Assembly (NCBI GenBank): GCA_963810095.1
Contig: CAWEMM010000012.1
Coordinates: forward strand, 288,001 to 352,000
DNA: 64,000 nt
Source of the DNA: an uncultured Chloroflexia bacterium
Lineage (GTDB): Bacteria > Chloroflexota > Anaerolineae > CG2-30-64-16
Reading direction: 5' to 3'
Shown: positions 28,576 through 39,173 of the stretch, in pieces
How positions within the stretch are numbered: the stretch's first letter is position 1
Layout of the letters: each line of letters starts with the position of its first letter
The notes under the pieces: model-generated
Database searches by the model: none
The model's input: the letters and a program-made list of their open reading frames with translations, nothing else
What the model was told of the DNA's origin: nothing
Position numbers and translations under genes: made by a program

Positions 28576-29533
28576 GTTGCTCACCTCCCTCGACGAGGCG
28601 GAGGAAGACATCCTCCAACTTGTTCTCCTTCAGATGATAGTCGGTCACGATCACGCCCTCGGCCTGCGCCAGGAGGCGGAAGAGGGACGCTTCGGCGGCG
28701 CCCGGGTCACACACGCTCACGGTCCACTTGGTCGAACCGTTGGCCGGCCCCTGCCGAATCCCCGTGACCCACGGCTGCCCGGCGACGACGGGATAGATCG
28801 CTTCCGTGTTACCTTTCAGCCCCACCTCGTACGCCACGCCGCCCTGATCGGCCGATAAGAGCTCGGCAATCGAACCCGATGCGATCAGTTGACCGTGATT
28901 GAGGATGGCCACGGTGTCGCTGACACGCTGGACGTCGTCGAGGATGTGGGTGCAGTAGAAGATCGTCGTGTGCTCGCGCAACCGCTCCATCACCTCGAGC
29001 ACGTCGTGCCGGCCCATCGGATCGAGCGAGGCTGCCGGCTCGTCGAGGATCAGCAGGTCAGGATAGTTCACCTGCGCCTGCGCGATCCCCACACGCTGGC
29101 GCTCGCCGCCCGAGAAGCCCTTGATCGGCCGGTCGGCCTTGTCCGACAACCCCACCAACTCCAGCGTCTCGGCCACCCGTGCGTCGATTTCCGCCTGGGG
29201 ACCCCGGAAGAAGAAGTGCGCCGTGTAGTCGAGGATCTGTCGTGCGGTCATGTGCTCGTAGAAGCGCGGGTCCTGGGGCAGGTAACCGATCCGGGCGCGG
29301 ATGGCTACAGAATCCCGGACGGAGTCGAGCCCGAAGACACTTGCCGACCCGTCCGTCGGACGGATAAGACCCAGCAACAGCTTGATCGTGGTGGTCTTGC
29401 CCGCACCGTTTGGACCGAGAAAGCCGAAAATCGAATGCTGCGGCACACGCAGGTTAAGGTCCTTGAGCGCGTGGATTTCCTTAAATGACTTGCTCAAGCC
29501 GTGCGTATCGATAACCCAATCGGTTCCGTTCAT
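28562..29533 (-). CDS. ABC transporter ATP-binding protein
   Basis: GPNGAGKTT, FSGGERQR and LILDEP. AAGGAGG RBS before 29533. Confidence 0.95.
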   Translation of the reverse strand: MNGTDWVIDTHGLSKSFKEIHALKDLNLRVPQHSIFGFLGPNGAGKTTTIKLLLGLIRPTDGSASVFGLDSVRDSVAIRARIGYLPQDPRFYEHMTARQILDYTAHFFFRGPQAEIDARVAETLELVGLSDKADRPIKGFSGGERQRVGIAQAQVNYPDLLILDEPAASLDPMGRHDVLEVMERLREHTTIFYCTHILDDVQRVSDTVAILNHGQLIASGSIAELLSADQGGVAYEVGLKGNTEAIYPVVAGQPWVTGIRQGPANGSTKWTVSVCDPGAAEASLFRLLAQAEGVIVTDYHLKENKLEDVFLRLVEGGEQHGQR

Positions 29534-29648
29534 GGTCGCCTCCTTGCGGCCGTCATGGCAAGCCGCCTGTGTGTACTTACGCAAGATCCCTTCGGAGGTC
29601 GCGCGCCGGGAGCCCGCCCGATGAAATAGCCGATATCTTTTTGGGGGC

Positions 29649-29704
29649 TTGACAAAAGCAGTCATTGGGTGTAAATAGTAGTTGTCTTAGCAACTACTAT
29701 TTAC
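29649..29704 (+). promoter_or_regulatory. Promoter with a perfect 14-bp inverted-repeat operator upstream of the TrmB gene
   Basis: TTGACA at 29649-29654, then GTAAATAGTAGTTG-N6-CAACTACTATTTAC at 29671-29704 covering the expected -10/+1 region. Confidence 0.75.
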
Positions 29705-29713
29705 GGAGGAAGC

Positions 29714-30640
29714 ATGGGCGACGCGCAGGGGCTGCTGACAGAATTGGGATTTGGCGAGTACGAAGCGAGGGCATACCTGGCGCTGCTGGGCCGCGAGTCG
29801 CTCAACGGCTATGAATTGGCGAAACTGTCGGGGGTTCCCCGTGCCAATATCTACGGGGTCCTGCAGAAGCTGGAGGACCGGGGCGCGGTCGTCCACATGG
29901 ACACGGCGGCCGGCAGCCGTTACGCCGCGCTCCCCGTCTCCGAGCTGCTCACGAACCTCGAGCGGCGCTACCAGGCGACTCTGGCGGCCACCGCCGACGA
30001 ACTCAGCCAGATTACCGCCCCAGCCGAGGACGGTCACGCGTGGAACATCGAAGGGTACGAACACCTGCTGGAGCATGCCCGCGCACTCCTCGGCCAGGCC
30101 GAAGGGCGCATTCTCGTGGCCACCTGGCCGCAGGAAGCCCGAGTCCTGGCGGCAGACCTGAACGGCGCACAGGAGCGGGGGGTCGAGATTACCACGCTCT
30201 GCCTCGCGGGCTGCCAGCAGGAATGCGGCGCTTGCCGGGGCAGCATCCACCGCTACCGTCTGTCGGACGACGAGGCCGAGCGCACGCTGGTCGTCGTCAC
30301 GGACCATCCGAGTACGACCGCGGAGACGGAAAGCGACGGCGACGTTCTCGCCGCCGAGATCTTCCCCGGCGGGCCAGATGCGCTCGTCGTCTACGCCGCC
30401 CGCGGCATCCGCACCCGCCAGCGACAGCTCGTCGACCTGACGGCTTCGTACATCCGCCACAGCGTCGCGCTCGCCGCGGTGCTGGCCGACCTGGGGCCGC
30501 ATCTCGCCAAGCTGCTTCATCCTGAGACGCGGCGGGCCCTGGCCCAACTGTTTGCACCCGGCCCCCACGCGGAGTGGCTCGCCGGGCTGCTCGACCGCCC
30601 GGCTGCAAACCCAGCCGGGGATGATCCTGCCAGCACATAG
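29714..30640 (+). CDS. TrmB-family transcriptional regulator with a CxxxCxxxCxxC motif
   Basis: LGFGEYEARAYLALL...GYELAKLSGVPRANIYGVLQKL winged HTH, and CLAGCQQECGAC in the effector domain. Confidence 0.9.
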   Translation: MGDAQGLLTELGFGEYEARAYLALLGRESLNGYELAKLSGVPRANIYGVLQKLEDRGAVVHMDTAAGSRYAALPVSELLTNLERRYQATLAATADELSQITAPAEDGHAWNIEGYEHLLEHARALLGQAEGRILVATWPQEARVLAADLNGAQERGVEITTLCLAGCQQECGACRGSIHRYRLSDDEAERTLVVVTDHPSTTAETESDGDVLAAEIFPGGPDALVVYAARGIRTRQRQLVDLTASYIRHSVALAAVLADLGPHLAKLLHPETRRALAQLFAPGPHAEWLAGLLDRPAANPAGDDPAST

Positions 30641-30684
30641 CCCCGGACGCGAGGCCGTACCGGAAAGAGTATCGGAGTGGAGAG

Positions 30685-31350
30685 ATGAACGTGTTAGGGA
30701 AGCGAAGGATTGTGTGGTTGGTTGTCGTCGTGGCGATGTTGGCAGCACTCTTGGGGGTGCCTATCGGCGCCGCGGCCCATGGGGCCGTTCCGAGCCGGCC
30801 GGAGTCTCGGGCACAAGCGCTTGCTTTTGACCGGCAGATGCACAAGCTGTGGGAGGATCATGTCACCTGGACCCGGCTGGTCATCGTCAGCTTTGCGGCC
30901 GGCCTGCCCGACTTCAACACGGCCGTAACGCGCCTGCTGCAGAACCAGGTCGACATCGGCAACGCCGTCAAGCCATTCTACGGGGACGCAGCGGGCAATC
31001 AGTTGACCGGGCTGCTGAAGGAGCATATCCTGATCGCGGCCGACCTGCTTCAGGCGGCCAAGGCCGGCGACACCGCGGCGTTCAACAGCGCTAAGGCCCG
31101 CTGGTACGCCAACGCCGATCAGATAGCGGCGTTTCTGAGTGCAGCCAATCCGCAGAACTGGCCGCTGGCCGACATGCAGCAGATGATGCACCAGCATCTC
31201 GACCTGACCCTTCAAGAGGCCTCGGCGAGGCTGAGCGGCAACTGGAGCGGTGATGCGGCCGCCTACGATGCCGTGCATAACGAGATTCTTGCGATGGCCG
31301 ACATGCTGAGCGAGGGGATCATCAGGCAGTTCCCCAACCAGTTCCGCTAA
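30685..31350 (+). CDS. Secreted all-helical His/Glu-rich conserved hypothetical protein
   Basis: N-terminal signal or TM segment, then repeated helices LWEDHVTWTR, LLKEHILIA, MMHQHLDLT and AVHNEILAMAD. No kinase or glycosyltransferase motifs seen. Confidence 0.8.
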   Translation: MNVLGKRRIVWLVVVVAMLAALLGVPIGAAAHGAVPSRPESRAQALAFDRQMHKLWEDHVTWTRLVIVSFAAGLPDFNTAVTRLLQNQVDIGNAVKPFYGDAAGNQLTGLLKEHILIAADLLQAAKAGDTAAFNSAKARWYANADQIAAFLSAANPQNWPLADMQQMMHQHLDLTLQEASARLSGNWSGDAAAYDAVHNEILAMADMLSEGIIRQFPNQFR

Positions 31351-31363
31351 GCGGCCGGGCACC

Positions 31364-31407
31364 AAAAAGCTCAGCCGTCGAGTGTTACGCTCGACGGCTG
31401 AGCTTTT
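31364..31407. terminator. Bidirectional intrinsic terminator
   Basis: AAAAA-GCTCAGCCGTCGAG-N7-CTCGACGGCTGAGC-TTTT between convergent genes. Confidence 0.9.
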
Positions 31408-31476
31408 GTGTTCGGAAGGTCGCGCGGTGAATGCCTGCGCAGTGTCACGCCGGACCGCGCGCTGTCAGGAGAATTG

Positions 31477-32683
31477 CTAGGTGATCAAGGGGCGTATTCG
31501 CGCGGCGAATGCTTCGCTTGCGGGGTCATCCGTGACAATACGCACGTCCTCAGGTCGCCGCGCACCCAGCTCCAGCTCGACGGCCCGGGCAATCTGCGCC
31601 TGCTCGAAGACCCGGCCCGCGCTCACCTGCGGCGTCGTGCCGAACAGGCGCAAGATGGCCACGCCGACTGCGTCGAGCGCGACCCGATCCCGTCCCGCCA
31701 AAACTACTTCGGGACGCACCACGTTCCCCCGATCCGGTCCGCCGTTCGTGAATGCCTCCACCCCGTCGAGCACCACCAGGCTCGGCGTGTAGCTGCGGTT
31801 GATCTCTGCGATCATCGGCGCGCTGGTTCGGGCTGCCGTGCAGTTCAGTCATGTAGTTGTGGCCGGCCCCGGCGACCTGCTTGGCTGCGAACCCCACTGA
31901 GTTCTTCAGCGAGAGGGTGAAGTGGCCGCCAAAGCGGTGTGTTTTGAGATTGCAGGTCTGGACCACCGCATCCGCGTCGAGGAGCCGTTTCGGCACTGCG
32001 AACCCGCGGGCCCAGCGGTTGTCCTTTGACTGGATCAGGGCCCATTCCTTCTCACCGAGGTCGTCAAACACCACCGTTTCGAATCCGAGCTGCTTGGCCA
32101 GGTCCAGCGCACCCACCTGCTGCATCACTCGACGGGTGTTGCCCATGCCACTGCGGTCACCCACGGTGATCTTGGTCGCACCCATGCCTTGCAGCTCGGT
32201 CACGAGGGTTCGCAACACGTCGGGGTGCGTCGAGCCAGGGGCCGGGTCGGCGCTGTTGAAATTGGGCTTCAGCAGGACGCTGCCACCCTTTACCGGGTTC
32301 ACGCCGAGCAGTTGCAGCGCACGGCGCACCCCCTCGGCCCGGTCCGCAGTTTTCACCAGCACGACCATGCCCAGCCACTCGGTGCCCCGGGGTGCAGGCG
32401 CGTGCGCCACCCCGGTCGGGGGCGCGCTTGTCGGGACAGGCGACATGTCCGTGGCCGCAGAAGTGGGCTCGCTCGTGGGAGGCTCGGCACGGGGTGCTGG
32501 GAACGCAGTTGGAGGGATTGCAGTAGCCGCGGCAGCCGGCGACGAGCCCACTGCGCCCGGCGTCGATGTCGCCGGGGTAGTGGGCACCGGCCCGTTGGGC
32601 CGCTGGCGGGGCCCGGCGCAAGCCGAAACAGCAGCTGCGCCGCCCAGCAAAGCCGCGCGGCGCAGGAATTCCCGACGATTCAT
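31477..32683 (-). CDS. DUF362-domain protein with Tat/lipoprotein signal, frameshift near 31820
   Basis: MNRREFLRR...VSAC signal and Pro/Thr linker. Motifs VLLKPNFNS...STHPD, LKTH...TLSLKN.VG, LVVLDG...GGP..G and DRVALDA. Confidence 0.85.
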
Positions 32684-32790
32684 GCATTCCTCCGGAACGA
32701 CAGGTCTCCGAACGAAAGCTGCTTCAGAATGAGTGCCAACGCCGGGCGCCCGGCGCCGGTTCCTGCCGTGTTCCGGTAGCTTACAGCAGC

Positions 32791-34491
32791 CTACTCGCTG
32801 CTGCCGTAGGCCGACACACTGTTGGGCGGCGGCCAAGGTCCGGGCACAGGTGTGGGGGTGTTCTTTCCGTCGCGCAGCCCAGGGGTGAGTGCCGGAACGA
32901 CGCGCGTCGGCGTGGGGACAAGCCCTGGCCCCTCCCCGCCGCCGGGCGGGAGCGGCCGCTCGTCGCCCTGCACCAGCACAAGGTGCACGATCTCGTCGCC
33001 GTCCCCCAGGCTGTCGATGCGCAGGTCGCTGCCGGGATGCCCCTTGCCACCGGGCAGCCTGTCGGCGAGCGCGGCATCCTGAAGCATAAAGCTTGCGGTG
33101 CGCCACTCGCCGCTGTCCGTCTTGGTCACGGGGGTTGTTGCGGTGATGCCCCCGCGCCCATCGTACGCGAGCGCCCACGCGTCGAGCCCTTGGTCGAGAT
33201 ACGTCACCGTGATCGTCACCGGCTGTCGCTGCACGTCGAACAGGTAGCGGTTGTCGACGTCAAACGCCATGTAGCGGTTGCCGCTCGCCTCGTCCGTCCG
33301 CCGGGTGTAGCGCCCCTCGGGCGCCTGCCCCACATTCCAGAGTGGCACGGTCTGGCCCTCGGGTGCATCGTAGACCTGTCGGAGCCAGAACTCGTAGTTG
33401 CCGCGCTGCGAAAACCACTCGTACTCGGTCTCGCGCAACGCGGCCCAGACCCCCGGCGTGTTTTGGACGGTGCGCCCCAGGTAGAGGTTGGCGAACTCGA
33501 TGGCCGAACGGCGGGCAGGATCCGTTACCTGGGGCGCGTCGAGCAAGATGAAATCGGCGTGCTTATCCAGGCCATTGTAGATCCGCCACAGGGTTTCCGC
33601 CGGCCCGGTATGTTGGGCCCATTCGGTGCCTTCCCAGCCCAGAACCGTCCGGCCGGCCCACGCCAGCATCGGATCGTACTGGCCACAGCCGGCCGTCGCC
33701 CAGCCGTCATCATCGATGACCGTCTCGGCGCCGCCGTCGGGCACCAGGCCGCTGTGCTGCAGGCCCACGCCGTGCGCTGCAGCATAGTCTGCCAGCGCTC
33801 GGCGTTCACAGGTGTAGATGTATCGCGGCGCGTACTCGAGGACCAGCGGCGTTTTGGGGAAGGCAGCTGCGTAGCTGTCGATCGCCCACTTCACATATTC
33901 GACCCACTTCGCGGAGCTCAGGCCGGCTGCCTCCAGGCATGCATCGTGCTCGTCACGGCCGGGCTGCGACTCGCCGAACATGCCGACGCCGATCTCGAGG
34001 AACGCAATGCGCGGGTCCCCGTCGAAGCGACGGCCGAAGTCCGCGATGAAGCGGCCATAGGCGGCCTGGTATGCGGGATCCCAGTAGCGCGGAATGACCT
34101 CAGTGCCGCACGTGATCTCCACGCTCGGCGTGGTTTGCACAAGATAGGGGGGCACGCCGCTGCCCCCGCAGCAAGGGCCGTCATACGGGTCGAGCCCGAC
34201 GCCGTCGATCTTGCCCAGATGGGCTTCGGCGTCAAGGTACCGGTCGAGCCAGGCCCAATCGTAACGGCCGGGCCCCGTCTCGAGCGTCTTCCACTGCGCG
34301 ACCATGTGACCCCCGACGATCGGGGAGGTTGCCGGATCGATGTGCTGCCAGTCATAGAAGACGTAGACCCCGGGCGGGACGGCCGGCCCGTTTGGGGCCG
34401 CGGCAACATGCGGGGGGCCGAGCAAGGTGAGAACCACGGACGTGCAGGCCAGCACGAGAACGACTAAGAGCAAAGCAGTCGCTCGTCGCAA
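32791..34491 (-). CDS. Secreted glycoside hydrolase, GH42-like/GH-A TIM barrel with C-terminal beta domain
   Basis: TTG start after AAGGAG, signal peptide, WKTLETGPGRYDWAWLD, IPRYWDPAYQ, RFDGDPRIAF.EIG.GMFGE and a Pro/Thr tail. Confidence 0.7.
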   Translation of the reverse strand: MRRATALLLVVLVLACTSVVLTLLGPPHVAAAPNGPAVPPGVYVFYDWQHIDPATSPIVGGHMVAQWKTLETGPGRYDWAWLDRYLDAEAHLGKIDGVGLDPYDGPCCGGSGVPPYLVQTTPSVEITCGTEVIPRYWDPAYQAAYGRFIADFGRRFDGDPRIAFLEIGVGMFGESQPGRDEHDACLEAAGLSSAKWVEYVKWAIDSYAAAFPKTPLVLEYAPRYIYTCERRALADYAAAHGVGLQHSGLVPDGGAETVIDDDGWATAGCGQYDPMLAWAGRTVLGWEGTEWAQHTGPAETLWRIYNGLDKHADFILLDAPQVTDPARRSAIEFANLYLGRTVQNTPGVWAALRETEYEWFSQRGNYEFWLRQVYDAPEGQTVPLWNVGQAPEGRYTRRTDEASGNRYMAFDVDNRYLFDVQRQPVTITVTYLDQGLDAWALAYDGRGGITATTPVTKTDSGEWRTASFMLQDAALADRLPGGKGHPGSDLRIDSLGDGDEIVHLVLVQGDERPLPPGGGEGPGLVPTPTRVVPALTPGLRDGKNTPTPVPGPWPPPNSVSAYGSSE

Positions 34492-34793
34492 GTACAGCTC
34501 CTTCTGTGGGAAAAGGCGGACGTCTTCATGATAGCACAACCAGGGTACAGGTGTCATCCTACTTTAGACGGATACCCGTACACGCGCCGGTCAGCATTAG
34601 TACGCATTCGATTCCAGGCACCTGCCTGGTGTCTGCGTCGCCCGCGGCTCGCCAAGGCAGGGGGCGACAGATACGTGACGAAAATGGTTTATTGTTGCTC
34701 CATACAGATTTATGGTCTTAGAATCATATTGTCACATTCTGTATTGATGCTCACGGCACAACTGCCGGCGGCGGACGTAATCTGGTGCTTGGC

Positions 34794-34973
34794 GAAACGT
34801 TTAAGCAACGCGTTGCTGCAGCGGGCCGGCGAGGAGCACATTGATCGTGCAGCTTTGGAGGATCGCCCGATTGGCGATGGCACCCTGTCTTGTTACGCCA
34901 GGGCCATCCAGACGTTTAGATGCCGCGCTGAATTTCGTGCGGCATTTTAGTTGCTGGAGAGGTTAAACGTTTC
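34794..34973. promoter_or_regulatory. Three LacI-type operator-like sites
   Basis: GAAACGTTTA (34794), CAGACGTTTA (34909) and TAAACGTTTC (34964, between RBS and ATG): CG-centred palindromes typical of LacI operators. Confidence 0.65.
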
Positions 34974-34976
34974 AAA

Positions 34977-36037
34977 ATGGCTGGGACGAAGACGATCCGG
35001 GATGTCGCCCGGGAGGCGGGTGTTTCGATTGCCACGGTCTCATACGTCCTCAACAACTCGCGTACCGTGAGCCCGGAAACCCGCGACCGAGTCCTGCGGG
35101 CCGCGCACGCGCATGGCGTACCGTCCGAACATCACGGCTCGCAACCTGCAGGCGAGTGAAACGCGCCTCTTCGCCTACACCTGGCGGCCCGGCCATGCCC
35201 GACCACTTCAACCCCATCCTCGACCAGCTTTCTGCAATCCGCCGTCTCTGCCGCCGTCCGACCGTGGTTACCGCTTCCTGGTTTTCCCGGCCAGCACCGT
35301 GGAGGAGGAGCTCGGTATCTGTGACACGCTAATGCTCGAAGGCCAGGTGGACGGCTTCGTGCTCTCTAACACCGATCTCGACGACATCCGTGTGCGCCGG
35401 TTGCACGAGGCCGGCTTTCCGTTCGTAGCGTTCGGACGCTCCAATCCCGAGTGGGACTTCCCCTGCGTGGATGTAGATGGAACGATTCGGCGTGCGTCGC
35501 GCCGTTGAACACCTTATCCGATCGGGGACACCGGCGGATCGGCATGCTGGGCTGGCCAGAGGCGTCGTTGACCGGGCGTTTCAGCATGCAGGGCTATATC
35601 GATGGGATGGCCGGGGCCGGGCTGCCCGGTGCATGACGGCTGGATCGCAGCGGACCGAGAACCGCTACGGCGACGCGTACTGCGCGGCCGAAGCGCTGCT
35701 GAGCGGCGCCGGCCAGGGAGAGGCGTCACGGCGCTCGTGGCGATGTCTGACCTGATGGCTGCAGCCGCAGTCAATGCGGCATGGGAGGCTGGGGCTGAAC
35801 CCGGGGCTGATTTCGCAGTCGTCGGCTTCGACGACTCGCCCGTGACGCGCCTGATGCGGCCCGCGCTGAGCAGCCTGCGCCAGCCCATCGCCGAGGTGGC
35901 CCGCCGGCTGGTGGACATGTTGGTGGCGCTGTGTCAGCGGCGAACCCATTGCTGAGCGCACCGTCGTTTTGCGCCCGAACTGATCGTACGGGCGTCGAGC
36001 GAGACGCCCATATCGCGATTCCGAGCAGGATCAGTGA
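34977..36037 (+). CDS. LacI-family regulator, multiply frameshifted; 3' end approximate
   Basis: [37 protein letters not shown] and VVGFDDSP...PALSSLRQP recovered from successive frames. Confidence 0.85.
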
Positions 36038-36045
36038 GCGACGCT

Positions 36046-38943
36046 ATGGAATCTGAAGGCCGTGATCTTCGATCTTGACGGGGTGATTACGGACACCGCC
36101 GAGTATCCACTACCGGGCCTGGCAGCGGCTGGCCGACGAGGAGGGCCTGGCCTTCGACCGGCAGGTGAACGAGGACCTGCGCGGCGTGTCTCGCCGCGCG
36201 TCTCTGGACATCATCCTCGAGGCATGCCGGCGCTGACGCGCGACCGAGGCCGAGATCGCAGAGTACATGGAGCGCAAGAACCGCTACTACGTGGACATGC
36301 TCGACGGAGATCACGCCCGCCGACGTGCTCCCGGGGGCGCTCGCTCTGATCGAGGAGCTGCGGTCGGCAGGCGTCAAGGTCGCCATCGGCTCGGCCAGCA
36401 AGAACACGCCCACCGTCCTCGAACGGCTTGGCATTCGAGGGCTGATGGACGCCGTGGCGGACGGGAACAACGTCCACGCGCCCAAACCCGCGCCTGACGT
36501 ATTCCTCAAGGCCGCGGCACTGCTCGGCGTCCCGCCGGCCTTCTGTGCGGTGGTCGAGGACGCGGGGGCGGGCATCGACGCAGCGCTGGCCGCGGGGATG
36601 TGGGCGGTGGGCGTCGGGCCGGCGGCGCGCGTCGGGCCACGCAGACGCCCGTTTCGACAGCCTCGAAGGCGTCACCCTCGCCGCACTCCGTTCTGCGTTC
36701 GAGGCGGCGGCCTGGACGGTCGTCGACAGCCAGCTTCGACCCGGCGAGCCAGCACCACATGGAGACGGTCTTCACCAGCGGCAACGGCGCCATGTGCGTG
36801 CGTGGCGCGTTCGAGGAAGGCTATCCCGGCGATCGCCCGCGTGCTTCATGCACCGCGTCTGGGACGACATGCCCGTCAACTTCACCGAGCTCGCCAATCT
36901 GCCGGAATGGTGGGGCGTCGAGCTGGTGGTGGACGGCGCGCGATTCCGGCTGGACCGCGGGCGAGGTGCTCGCGCTACCGCCGCAGCCTGGACCTGCGCA
37001 CCGGCGTTCTCTCGCGCACCGTGCGCTGGCAGGCCGGAGCGGCGACGGGCCCGTGCTGGACTTCGCTTCGAGCGCTTCATCAGCCTGGCGGACCCGCACC
37101 TCGCGGCCGTGCAGCTGGAGGTCGCCGTGGTCTCAGGGCGCGGCCGACATCTGCTGATACGAGCGGGCTTGAACGCGGCACGTGGAGAACACCGGGCTGT
37201 TGCACTGGGACTCGGTCGATCAGGACGGTAGACGGCGGAGAGCGTTGGCTGCTGCACGTGCGCACGCGGCGACCGGCACGAGGTGGCCGTTGCCGCCGCG
37301 GTCAGCCTGCTGACTGCCCGACGAGCAGGGCGATGCGCCCGCACCGGCCGAGGCGAAGGCAGTAACGTGCTCTGCGACTCGACGGCCAGCCGACGATCGA
37401 GCGCCGCGCTGCGGCTGGAGCAGGGCGAACGGTGCGTCGTTCTGACCAAGTATGTCGCGCGTCGTGCCCGGGTCTGATGCGAGCCGAGCCTGCGCACGCT
37501 TGCCCGGGCGAAGGCGTTGAGCGGACCGCGTCGAAGGCTACGCGGCCTGGCGCGAAGGCGAACGACGCGGCTGGCACGAGGCGTGGAAGACCGCCGACGT
37601 GCTGGTCGAGGGCGACAACGAGGCCCAGCTTGCGCTGCGCTTCAACATCTTCCAGCTGCTCATCGCCGCCCCGCGCTTCACCGATCGCGCCTCCATCGGC
37701 GCCAAGACCCTGAGCGGCTTCGGCTACCGCCACCACGTCTTCTGGGACACCGAAATCTTCATGCTGCCGCTCTTCACCTTTACCGAGCCCGAACTGGCGC
37801 GGCAACATGCTGATGTACCGCTGGCACAACCTGCCGGGCGCCCGAGAGAAGGCGCGCAGCGCAACGGCTACGAGGGCGCGCAGTTCCCCTGGGAGAGCGC
37901 GCGGCGACGGCCGCGAGGTCACGCCTACCTGGGTGCCCCACTTCGCCGACCCGACCACGCTGGTGCGCATCTGGACCGGCGATATCGAAATCCACATCAC
38001 CGCCGACATCGCCTACGCCGTCATGCAGTACTGGCATGCGACGGGCGACGACGCGTGGATGGCGCAGCTACGGCGCCGAGATCGTGCTCGATGGCGCCGT
38101 CCTTCTGGGCCAGCGCGGCGCAGGCTGGAGGCAGACGGCCAGCTACCACTACCGCAACGTGATCGGCCCGGACGAGTACCACGACCGCATCGACGACAAC
38201 TGCTACACCAACTACATGGCGCGCTGGCACCTGCAGACCGCGCTGCGAGGTGCTGGACTGGCTGCGCCGCGCGGCATCCGAGCGCAGGCCGAGCGTCTGA
38301 CGCAGTAACTCTGGACCTGACGGCGAGGCCGGCTCGAGCAGTGGCACGACGTGATCGAAGCGCATGTATCTGCCCGTCGATCCAGAAGACCGGCCTGATC
38401 GAGCAGTTCGCCGGCTACTTCGAGCTGGAGAGATGTCGACTTCGCGATCCTGCGCGATCCGAAGCGCGCGAAGTCGATGCAGGCGCTGCTGGGCATCGAA
38501 GGCTGCGCGGAGACCCAGAACCTCAAGCAGCCCGACGTACTGATGCTGCAGTACCTGCTGCCCGAGCGCTTCACGCCCGAGCAGGTGCGCGACGAACTGG
38601 GACTACTACGATCCGCGCACCGACCACGAGCACGGCTCGTCGCTCGGCCCTAGCATCAGCGCGGTGATGGCGTGCCGGGTCGGCGAATGCGACTACGGCT
38701 ACCAGCACTTCCTGCGCGCCGCACGCGCCGACCTGCTCGACGTGCGCCATAACGCAGGCGACGGCATCCACGGCGCCAGCGCCGGCGGATTGTGGCAAGC
38801 AGTGGCGTTTTCGGCTTTGCCGGGCTCAAGGTGACGGAAGACGGCTGGACGATTGATCCCGTCGCTGCCCGCGGACTGGAGCCGGCTCGCTTTCAAGTTC
38901 TTCTATCGCGGCAAGTTGGAGAGCAGTAGATGTGAGGCGTTAG
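36046..38943 (+). CDS. Apparent beta-phosphoglucomutase (HAD)-GH65 glycoside phosphorylase fusion, multiply frameshifted
   Basis: HAD motifs [24 protein letters not shown] and EDAGAG, followed by GH65 motifs [57 protein letters not shown] and HGSSL. Confidence 0.8.
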
Positions 38944-39173
38944 CGGCAGGGTCGGGCGATGGACCGCCCTCGTCCATCGAATCAGTCGTCCCGGGCTGCC
39001 CCCAGCGTCCTGGCAGACAAGCAGGCAGCCCGGTTGGAGCATCCGGCCACGCGCAGTCGCGTAGCCGAATCACCGGCACATTCTACCAGTGAAGCGGCGA
39101 GCGGCAAAGGCCGGTGCTGATCAACGTGTCTCGATGACGTGTTCGTTGAACAAATTCAATGGGAGGAGATGTC

